A DNA stretch of 62,861 nt, counting the filler, from Octopus bimaculoides (taxonomy: Eukaryota): the NCBI RefSeq assembly GCF_001194135.2. It is 7 parts of 6 records of this genome, joined end to end, with 100 filler letters (N's around TTAATTAATTAA, not from the genome) between each part and the next. Parts side by side here need not be neighbours in the genome. Positions count along the whole stretch, not along the records: positions 1 to 27,337 come from NC_068997.1; 6 more parts are not named here. One strand, 5' to 3'. The notes beneath the pieces were generated by a model. That model did no database searches. It had not been told where the DNA came from and worked only from the letters and a program-made list of their open reading frames with translations. Each line of letters starts with the position of its first letter. Position 1 is the first letter of the stretch. The position numbers and the translations under genes were made by a program. This document shows, one piece after another, positions 1-9,857 of the stretch.

Positions 1-168
1 TACACTCTCTGAGTGGTTGGCGTTAGGAAGGGCATCCAGATGTAGAAACTCTGCCAAATTAGATTGGAGCCTGGTGATGCCATCCGGTTTCACCAGTCCT
101 CAGTCAAATCGTCCAACCCATGCTAGCATGGAAGGCGGACGTTAAACGATGATGATGATGATGATGAT
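1..168 (+). mobile_element. SINE 3' half with (GAT)n tail
   Basis: gagtggttggcgttaggaagggcatcc...ggacgttaaacgatgatgat. The same sequence recurs near 14040-14355 (+), 20396-20653 (+), 61525-61688 (-), 62780-62861 (-) and as decayed pieces near 6860, 10290, 12130 and 15020. Confidence 0.85.
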
Positions 169-361
169 ATATATATATATGTATGTATATATTAATAGTT
201 ATCGCCAAGCTAACATGGCAGTCCAGGAAAATAGGACGAATGCTGTCGTTGAGTAGCTCCAAGTGGCCATCGCCTCTAGCTAGCTATGTGACACATGAAC
301 CTGTGTCCATTGTAACCTTCGAACAGGGAAGGCCAGCAGCTTCCACTTGCTGGTTTGGCAT

Positions 362-397
362 CTACAGACTAGTTTCAGGGTAGTTGCCCCTTATCAA
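362..397 (-). ncRNA. Mirror hammerhead-like motif (U3-A8 core, intact GAAA, stem I 5' partner missing)
   Basis: Minus strand reads TTGATAA gggg caacta ccct GAAA CTAG TC tgtag. Confidence 0.55.
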
Positions 398-403
398 TTG
401 CCC

Positions 404-444
404 CTACATTGATGAGGGACAACTACCCTGAGACTAGTCTGTAG
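404..444 (+). ncRNA. Minimal type-I hammerhead ribozyme-like motif (U3-G8 core; GAAA mutated to GAGA)
   Basis: Stem I ctaca(404-408)/tgtag(440-444); core TTGATGA(409-415); stem II ggg..ccct; GAGA; palindromic stem III ACTAGT(433-438); C17 at 439 giving a GUC site. Confidence 0.7.
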
Positions 445-589
445 ATGCCAAACCAGCAAGGGGGAGCTGCTGAGCTCCCCTGTTCGAAGGTTATAATGGA
501 CACAGGTTCATGTATCACATAGCTAAGATATATATCTATATATATATATATATATACATATATATACATATATAGATATATAATCTCAG

Positions 590-888
590 CAGCGAACCCA
601 TGGAAAACAAACTTCAACCAACTATCCTGACTATTTGTCTGTGCACACGTTTGAATGTGGTGTATGCCAGAAGGCTTGCAAATCCGATGGGGGTCTTAAA
701 AGACATGTTAGGATCCACAATGGGCAAAACTTACCTGCAGGTATTGGTAGTTCAAATCAGAGGTGCAATCTGTGTGGGTGTTTTTTCAGAACATTGTCTG
801 GTTTAAAAAGCCACATCAGACGCCATGAAAGGGCTAAGGTGTAGGTACAGGAGGTGGTCAAACTCTGTTTAAGGAGCAGACAACCACC
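590..888 (+). mobile_element. RTE-like LINE 3' end encoding two C2H2 zinc fingers
   Basis: CGVCQKACKSDGGLKRHVRIH and CNLCGCFFRTLSGLKSHIRRH, stop, then a short 3' UTR ending in (AT)n. A homologous copy lies at 7030-7408. Confidence 0.75.
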
Positions 889-920
<32 letters not shown>

Positions 921-921
<1 letters not shown>

Positions 922-1078
922 TGGGAGAATATACAAATAATAACAACAGACGAGGACAGGTGGTGTAAATAACAAAAGTATATATTAGTATGACGCTCGG
1001 GAATACGGAAAGTCTTTGACGTTTCGAGCTACGCTCTTCAACAGAAAGAATACGGAGACAAGGAGAAAAACACGGAGA
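921..1078 (-). mobile_element. Short CpG-intact hammerhead-bearing element between two (TA)n tracts, probably a non-autonomous Penelope-like derivative
   Basis: About 160 bp of unique sequence bracketed by (TA)n, carrying the motif at 1013-1049. Confidence 0.55.
1013..1049 (-). ncRNA. Minimal type-I hammerhead-like motif with A6U core variant
   Basis: tcttt CTGTTGA a GAGC gta GCTC GAAA CG TC aaaga: 5-bp stem I, perfect 4-bp stem II, palindromic ACGT stem III, GUC site. Confidence 0.7.
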
Positions 1079-1354
1079 TATATATATATNNNNNNNNNNN
1101 NNNNNNNNNNNNNNNNNNNNNNNNNNNNNNNNNNNNNNNNNNNNNNNNNNNNNNNNNNNNNNNNNNNNNNNNNNNNNNNNNNNNNNNNNNNNNNNNNNNN
1201 NNNNNNNNNNNNNNNNNNNNNNNNNNNNNNNNNNNNNNNNNNNNNNNNNNNNNNNNNNNNNNNNNNNNNNNNNNNNNNNNNNNNNNNNNNNNNNNNNNNN
1301 NNNNNNNNNNNNNNNNNNNNNNNNNNNNNNNNNNNNNNNNNNNNNNNNNNNNNN

Positions 1355-1616
1355 TATAATCATAAATATATAGGGATTAGCAGTATCCTGCTTCTCCAAC
1401 ATACTGAGAATTCAGAAATAGCAGCCAAAGAACTACCGATTCCAAAACTACAAATTTTTCTCTAATTGATAGCGATATTTATGGTACCATAAATATCGCT
1501 ATCAATTAGAGAAAAATTTGTAGTTTTGCAATCGGTAGTTCTTTGGCTGCTATTTCTGAATTCTCAGTATGTTGGAGAAGCAGGATACTGTTAATCCTTA
1601 TATATTTATGATTATA
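1355..1616. repeat. Spacerless 262-bp palindrome (131-bp arms) centred on GGTACC
   Basis: Centre at 1485/1486 with three mismatches found (1373, 1380, 1442). TA at both ends, in a (TA)n context. Confidence 0.95.
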
Positions 1617-1711
1617 TATATATATATATATACACACATACATAGCAGCAGAGCATACAAATGCCCAAACAAGTATATTAATATATAGTAACATACATAT
1701 CCACACATCAT

Positions 1712-1751
<40 letters not shown>

Positions 1752-3134
1752 GGCAGGAACCTCTACGTAGTTACTTGATTTGCTAAAAATCACTGTGAAA
1801 TCTCCTTCGAAATTACATTCCACTTTCTTAAAATGGGAAAAGAGTTACATAAATCCCAGACACTTCTCTAAAAAAAAAAGTTGGATGGTCATGTGTGGAA
1901 TGCCTTTGATTATAGATCTGTTCAATCAGAGCTGACCTGGAGCTGACAGGTAGAACATAAATGTTAAATGTTACCATAACAACTAACGATACAGTTGACT
2001 AACTCCAATGCTCCATAATTTCTCTCTCTCTTTCTCTCATCTTGTGTTTCCTTGCTTCAGTGGTCAGTTATTTTTTTAAAAAGAGCAGCAAAAAATGGAT
2101 CAGCTGACCTCTGAACAATGTCACTAACAGCTGGACAGAGTGACTCATTTAATGAAATACTTCACTGAGGAAAAATGCCTTTAAAAAAACACATTTCTTA
2201 ACCCACTTCTTGAATTTTAATTAACACCTTAGAAGGTCACGGTAGACTTGTACAAGATATCAAAGAGAATTTTAATGTTGCTTGTTAGGGTCTGTCTGTA
2301 TGTCTGTGTACTTGTATCCATGTATATTTGGCCAGGTGGTTAAGAGATTCACCGGCAGTCAATAGTTTGTGGGTTCGTTTCCACTGCTTAGGATATGAGA
2401 CAATTTGGCTCAGCTGTTTTGGCACCACCTATTTGTCATTCCTGATTCAATGTTGATTTATTTGACTTCTGACATTTTAATGCTTCTCTCTCTCCCCCTC
2501 CCTCCGTTTCTCCCATGTTGTCTCTCTCTCCCTCTCTCTTGCCTTCTCTCTCATTCTGTCTCTCCCTCTCTCTCTCTCGCCTCCTCTATATTCCACTCTC
2601 GCCTTCTCTCTCTCTCATTCTCCCTCTTTCCCATGTTCTCTGTCTCTGTCTGTATCTCTCTCTGAGCATGTTTCCAGGTTTTGTGTATGAGGAGACGGAA
2701 AGTGTTTATGCCAGCCATTTTCTATTAATAAATTGTAATGTCCCCTTCTCCCTCTCTCTCTTCTTATCTGTGTGTGTATATTTCTGCATGCATGTGTGTG
2801 TGTATGTGTGTGCGTGTGTGTGTGTATGTGTGTGCGTGTGTGTGCACATACTTCTGGTGCCAAAAAGTACCATAGCCAAAATAGGCTGAATATCCAGTTA
2901 GCCATGTGCAAATTACCAGACTGTTATACCCCTTAGAAGGTGATAGTCATAACTGGAATGCTTTTGATCGTAAATCTGTTTGATTGATGCTGACTCAGTC
3001 CTAAAATACAACAACAATAATAACAATAATGCTAAGGACAAGAAATTCTGTGAACCCATGGTAAACTGGTTAATCACGTTTGCCCAAGATGTGGAATTGA
3101 ACCTGGAACATCATGACTTTGAAACAAAATGAGT

Positions 3135-3530
3135 GGCTATGTGGTAAATAGCTTGCTTACCAACCACATGGTTCTGGGTTCAGTCCCACTGTGTGGCACC
3201 TTGGGTAAGTGTCTTCTACTATCGCCTCAGGCTGACCAAAGCCTTGTGAGTGAATTTGGTAGACAGAAACTAGAAGAAGCCCGTCGTATATATGTATATA
3301 TATGTGTGTGTGTATATGTTTGTGTGTCCGTGTTTGTCCCCCCCCCCATCGATTGACAACCGATGCTGGTGTGTTTATGTCCCTGTAACTTAACGGTTCG
3401 CCAAATGAGACCGGTAGAATAAGTATTAGGCTTCTAAAGAATAAGTCCTGGGGTCGATTTGGTCGACTAAAGGCGGTGCTCCAGCATGGTCCCAGTAAAA
3501 TGACTGAAACAAGTAAAAGAGTAAAAGATT
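3135..3530 (+). mobile_element. Composite tRNA-derived SINE with internal (TA)/(TG) microsatellite
   Basis: A/B-box-like head (tggctatgtggtaa...ggttcagtccc), then microsatellite, then tail ...ccagcatgg...aagtaaaagag. Whole or half copies also near 7420, 7940, 10480, 19310, 21315, 24945, 31110, 33130, 40914, 52870, 53330 and 54930. Confidence 0.85.
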
Positions 3531-3702
3531 AACAGTTCAGCCATGCTGTGTACCTAAGATACATTGGTTCTGGTTAGCAATAAAAGAAGGGATGGTCCTG
3601 GTTAGAAAGCCTTTTGATCATATTTCTGCTTGATCGGAGCTGAAGTGAGGTTAAACAGTTGAGTCATCATTAGTATGTCTAAATAATCACTGAAGTGTTA
3701 TC

Positions 3703-3792
<90 letters not shown>

Positions 3793-4886
3793 GGAGGGAG
3801 AGAGAGAGAGAGAGGGGGGAGTGAGAGTCAGACAGAGAGAGAAAGATAAGTGGGTGGATCAAGACATTGAAGTAATTTGTTACATAGGTCATCATTGTCA
3901 TTGTCATCGTCATCATGTTACATGGCCCACCACCATCACCACCAGCAGCAGCGTCACCACCACAGACATTGTTGTCATCGTCATAACAGTGATTCGATTT
4001 CTGTTCCTGAGTCCTTGGACATGCTCTGTTGCTGCTGTTGAGAGGCAACATTTTGTTGCACAGTCTAGCAACAGTTGGCAGTGGTACTAATAATAGTAGA
4101 TACAAGTAGTAATAGTAGTGGTAGTAGTATTAGGAATAGTTGTAGTGGTAGCATTTAGAGTGGTGGTGGTGGTGACGGTAATAGTTGTAATAAATAGTAA
4201 GTTGGTAACTTTAATTATGCTAAAAATTTTTTTAGGTCAGCACAAAGAGGGTGGAGCGTGTGGAGAACAAAGTGGCGAAGCAGAGATTACACACACATAC
4301 ACACACAAGAATTTAACTGATTTCCTTTTCAGATATCTTACCTAAGTATATTTCTAGGGTGGGGTTAAATCTAAGCTCTTTCAAATAATATGTATATATA
4401 TATCTATATATATATATATATATATATACATACATATTAAATGAGAGGGAGAGAGACAGATAGACAGTGAGAGAGTGACAGAGAGACAGAAAGACACACA
4501 CACATGCACACACACATGCCTATGTCTGTATATTATCTCCTTAACCTGTCTATATATTATTTCCTTATATTTTGTATTTCTTCCTCTACATATTTATCCT
4601 CTCTCTCTCTCTCACAAACACACACACACACACATACATACATACATACACACAGCAACCTTCTGCACAGTTTTAATCTTATCAAATTCTCTCACAAGGG
4701 CAGTGGTTGGCTGAGGTTATAGTAAAAGATATTTACCCAAGTTGCCACAGTATGAGGTTGAACCTGAAGCCTCGTGGCTGCAAAGCAAATTTCTTAACCA
4801 CACAGCCATGCCGGCACCAAGTGAAATGATTCAGTAAGAATCAATAAAACGGCTAATATCAATCCTGTCTTCGTCCACCTGTAATT

Positions 4887-6399
4887 TCTACATATATAAA
4901 ATTCTTTGTCTGCCTGTCTGTCTGTTCCCTATGCATTTTCAAAAGCTTGACGAAATCAAATCAAATTTTACAAGGTAATAGTGTTACACTCTGTGAATGT
5001 CAACATGTAATTTTCTTTTCCATTTGCATTAAAATACTATAACATTTTATAGAAATAATCTTTCTAAAGTCAACTAAAATGAAGGACATTTTATACCAAG
5101 ATAATGAAGACATATGAGTGTGTATGCATGAGTGTATGACTGAGTGTGTGTTTTTCAGCATTAGGTACGTTATTAAACACACTCACATCTAGACATACAA
5201 AAACATATGACGACTAACATGCGTGCATGTATGTCTATGTGTGTCTCTCTTAGTGTATGTATGTGAGTGTAACCGACAGAGTGCCAGTAACATATATAAG
5301 TAATACTTCTAACTTTGATTAAAACACATTTTGATTAAAACACGTATCTACACATACATATGTGATGACTGACAAAACAAATGAAGTGAAAAGATATGCT
5401 TGTGTTTGTGACACACAAACATCTTACACATACATATACATATGTGACGACTGACAAAAACAATGAGGCGAAAAACTATGTATGTCTGTGTGTCTCTCTT
5501 ACTATATGTATGTGAGTGTATGTGACAGTGTATGTATGTATCAGTGTATGAGTGTGTCGGTGAGTGTGTGTGTGTTTCTGTGTTAGGTACGTTATTAAAC
5601 ATACACACACATCTACACATACATATTCATATGTGACGTCTGACATGCGTGAATGTATGTCTGTGTCTGTTTTAGTATATGTGACTATATGTGAGAGTGT
5701 ATGTGTGATAATTATTATTTTCATTTGGATTAAAACACACATCTACACACATATCTGTTCAATACCCTGTTGAATTTCTGAACACACTCAAACCCACTGG
5801 GATGCTGCCGCAAAACTTCACACTAAAGCTGGGTGCTCCCATTATGTTGCTTAGGAATCTTGACCCACCTCGCCTGTGTAATGGATCTTGCTTAATTGTT
5901 ATTTCCATGAAGCCCCATGTCCTAGAGGCAACAATCATAACAGCTTTGGTAGTCACAAAGGAGAAAATGTCTTTATTCTCAAAAATTCCTCTCATACCTA
6001 CAGATGTTCCATTTGAATTTAAGAGTCTTCAGTTTCCAGTCAAACTAAGTTTTGCTATTTCAATCAACAAATCTCAGAGTCAATCCCTCAAGGTGGTTGG
6101 ACTTGATCTCTCTACTACATGCTTCTCCCATGGCCAAATCTATGTTGCTTGCTCATGAGTTGGAAGCAACAACAATTTATTCATTTGGACACTAACAAAA
6201 AATTACGCAATGAATATTGTTTACTCTGAGGTGTTTAAGATTGACAGATTTTCAGTTCTGAATTCTATTAGCATTACAATTTCGATTTTTAAAAATAAAA
6301 TATAGATATTTTCAAATAATTATGAGAAAAAAGATGTATCTTCATATTTATGGTTTAATAATCTGAATAAGAACAGCAGTAACCATGTCATTCAGCTAA
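4887..6399 (+). mobile_element. Internally deleted Helitron
   Basis: 5' TCTACATATATAAAA followed by (CTGT)n, internal minisatellite-like duplications (5100-5750), a helicase remnant, and a putative degenerate 3' end cattcagCTAA|T. Confidence 0.65.
5802..6235 (+). pseudogene. Helitron PIF1-family helicase C-terminal fragment
   Basis: LKLGAPIMLLRNLDPPRLCNG...QFPVKLSFAISINKSQSQSLKVVGLDL...FSHGQIYVACS*VG, with a stop replacing the motif VI Arg. Confidence 0.92.
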
Positions 6400-7029
6400 T
6401 TTGTAAATAATTTCTCTAACGAAGGCTGTGTGGACACAAGGCACCACCAAGAATCGAACTCACAACTTCACAATCACGAGCTGAATACCCTAACCACTAA
6501 GCCATGCACCTTCACACACATGCACACACTTAAATATCCATATATACACACACCGCGTGTGTGTGTGTCTGTGGATATGTATGTGTGTGTCTGTGCTTGT
6601 CCCCTCTCCACTGCTTGACCATTAGTGTTAGTTTGTTTACACCCCCATAACGTAGCAATTTGGCCAAAGAGACTGACAAAATAAGTACCAAACTTTAAAA
6701 TGTTAAGTACTGGGATGGACAGATTTGTCAGACTACACCCCTGAAGGTGCTGCTCCAGCATGGCCGCAGTCCAATGACTGAAACATATAAAACAATGAAA
6801 GAATGGATAAAACACTACATCATCATAACCATCATCAATTTAACATCTGCATCTCTATTTTTCCATGCTTGTATGGGTCAGACAGAATTCGTTGGAATTT
6901 GTTTTACTGCTGGATGCCCTTCCTGTTGCCAACCTCATCAACTGTGTCCAAGCAAGGTGATACTTCCTTATGGATATGACAGGCATTGCTTGTATGAGGG
7001 TGATGATTGTTTTACAACTATAGTGTGAT

Positions 7030-7408
7030 GTCAAGACAAAGAATGTCTCGATCAGCAAAGGTGAATCACAATGACCATTTTGTGTGCGCAGTTTGTGACA
7101 GACCACGCCTTTCTTTTGCTGCACTCAAATCTCATTTGCAAACCTCCACCAAATATTCTGCACACCTTTCAATGTCATGCAAGCCAATAAGGTTAGTAAA
7201 TCTAACAGAGGCCTTGAAAGATATTTTAAGATCCACAACGATCAGAACTTAACTGCAGCTCTTGGTGGTCCAAATCAGAGTTGCAATCTATGTGGATGTC
7301 TTTTCAAAAGATTGTCTGGTTTAAAGAGTCACATCAGATGCCATGATGGTGCTAAGGTGTAGGTACAGGAGGTGGTCAAACTCTGCATAAGGAGTAGACA
7401 ACCACCAT
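7030..7408 (+). mobile_element. RTE-like LINE 3' end with three (partly decayed) C2H2 fingers
   Basis: FVCAVCDRPRLSFAALKSHLQ, a decayed middle finger, and CNLCGCLFKRLSGLKSHIRCH. The 3' UTR matches the copy at 590-888. Confidence 0.75.
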
Positions 7409-8369
7409 ATATATAAATATACATATATGTATGAATATATATGGTGGGCTTCTTTCAGTTTCCTTTGATCAAATCCACTCACAAAGCTTTAGTCAGTCTA
7501 GGACTATATTAGAAAACACTTACCCAAGGTGTCATGCAGTAGGACTGGACCTGAAACCATGTGGCTGGAATGCAAACTTCTCAACCACACAGCCATGCTT
7601 GCATTTAATGAACAAATGAGAGTATTTCTATATGATTACTGACTAGCTAGAAATAGCAGCCAAGTCACCTAAAAATCATTCCTTGCTCTCTTAGACAAAG
7701 CTCTACTTTGTCGACTATATCTGATAAAAGAATAAAACTGTAGAAACCAAGAAAACTAGTTCAAAGTCAGCAAAAATTAATACAAATAGTCCAGCTGGTG
7801 GAATGGACGTATTCCTCTTGGATGGTCATGGCTTGAACCTCCTTCATTATAGGTTGACCCTATCAGAGCTGACCATAGGCTAAATAACAACAACAATTAA
7901 CGAGCCTCTATGTAGCATTAATGCACAGGTTTGGTCGAGTGGTAACAAACTTGCTTCCCAACCACATGGTTCTGGATTCAGTCCCACTTGAGGCACCTTG
8001 GGCAAGTGTCTTTTACTGTAGCCTCAAGCTGACCGAAGCTTTGTAAGTGGATTTGGTAGATGGAAACTGAAAGAAGCCTGTTGTGTTTATATGCCAGCTT
8101 TGCCCTTCAGCATTCTAGTGGAGGGGATGGGAGCAAGAAAATAAAGCACCAGTCAAGTATTGTTGTTGTTGGCGGTGATGGTGGGGTTAATTTGACTAAA
8201 TTCTTCCTCACAAAATTTATGACCTTATACTCGTTAGAAATGACTGTTGTTTAGCCCTGGGTCAACCTTGATTGAGGCACACCTATGATCAGAGGCATTC
8301 CAGTCATGATTATTCCATCTATTTTATAGATACATATAAAGAACTATATTATCAAACACATACTTTCCT

Positions 8370-8595
8370 TATTTACTCCTTTAGCATTTTAACTGGCCAT
8401 ATCTGGCCCAAAATATTTTGCCTATTTTGTTTAAAATGGCTAGATCTGGCCTCTTCCATCCTCCCTACAATGTCATTCTAAAAATATGCAATTCATCATC
8501 AAAATCTCAAAGCTAGAAGATAATGCATGATTAATTTAAAACAACATGAATAAACGATCATTACATTCGACAATAATCTGAATGTTAATAGTTTA
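8370..8595. mobile_element. TTAA-ended (piggyBac-like) MITE, decayed
   Basis: Ends resemble ttaaccctttagcatt / aatgctaaagggttaa. A second copy lies at 21660-21882. Confidence 0.55.
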
Positions 8596-9073
8596 AGGTG
8601 GTCGATTTCAAGCAGCTTGAGTGACCAACCAAGTGAAAGCTCATTTGTTATGAACAAAGGTAGAAATTTGGGGATTGGCATTTATGATAGTCAGGTGTGA
8701 TTTGACAGAGTGGGTTTTGACTGCTATTTCCAACATGCTGAGCGAACACATGGTTATAAACAAAAAAGACAATTTGAGGATTGGTACCTGGTATTTTAGC
8801 AGATCAATTTCTCCCAGCCCAAAAATTTAGTTCGTTGTAGACACGAACAGTGCTGAACTATAATTACAAAGGGTGGAGGCAAACTAGAAATTTAGGAAAA
8901 TATGTGTAAGAAGTTACACCCAGCTTGTCATATGAAAAAATAAACTGGCCTTGTTATCTCGAGTCAGATCATGTCAGTAACTCACTCTCTTGTCCTTTTC
9001 TTTGTCTCCTATGTGTATGCATGTCTATAAAGCTCTGACTTGATCTACATGTATATGTTTCTACTACTGTATA

Positions 9074-9524
9074 TCTATTATATAAAATAGAACTATGTAT
9101 GTGTATGAGTGTGTGTGTATTTGCCTTTCTCGTGAAAACGGCTGCACAAATTGGTTCCATACTTGAGGTGCATGAATAATTTGACCTCAGATACATGATA
9201 GGGTCTTCATTGAATTCTTCTTATTAAAACTAAATAGAATAAATAATATTGCTTTATATATATGATTAATTTCTTTAAAAAGGTTTTTCAATGTCAACTT
9301 ACAGGTTTTTCAATGTTTACTTCCGGTATTGACGTAGCGACTACTGCTACCTAGACATGCACATGTATGCATAACTGCTTCTATTTTCATTTCAGAACCG
9401 GAGTTCTTGAATATTAAAAGTATTACTTTCTGAGAAATACCCTAATCTTACACTACAAGCAGCAAACAGTGCTGTGTTAAGGCTATGAGTTTATAACCTG
9501 AGTTTATAACCCAACTTCTGCTTG
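9074..9524 (+). mobile_element. Non-autonomous Helitron, decayed
   Basis: A|TCTATTATATAAAA 5' end plus microsatellite. The putative 3' end acttctgCTTG|T resembles the mini-Helitron end atttctgCTAG|T. Confidence 0.55.
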
Positions 9525-9802
9525 TATTATATGAATATAGATTTGGCGCATAATTCATAAAGTCATGCATTTTATTGGTGGAGATGTGTAGAGTTGTTGA
9601 TTAAATTAAATCAATTAGTACTTTCTTATAATAGACTCTGGAAGAATAAAAAGGAAAAACTGGTCATGGTCCACCATAGCCAATTTCACCTTTCCTTCAA
9701 AGTAACATGCATTACTGCTGAGACATTTCTCATGAGTGTACATGTGTATATATGAATGCATGCAAATATGCATGAGTATGTGATCGATGCATAGATAGAG
9801 AA

Positions 9803-9857
<55 letters not shown>

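Larger units (their letters stand above)
281..525. repeat. Long inverted repeat (foldback): two 118-bp arms, ~9-nt spacer
   Basis: 281-398 is the reverse complement of 408-525 with about 10 substitutions. The twin ORFs 183..383(+) and 423..617(-) both end in CWFGIYRLVSG. Confidence 0.95.
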
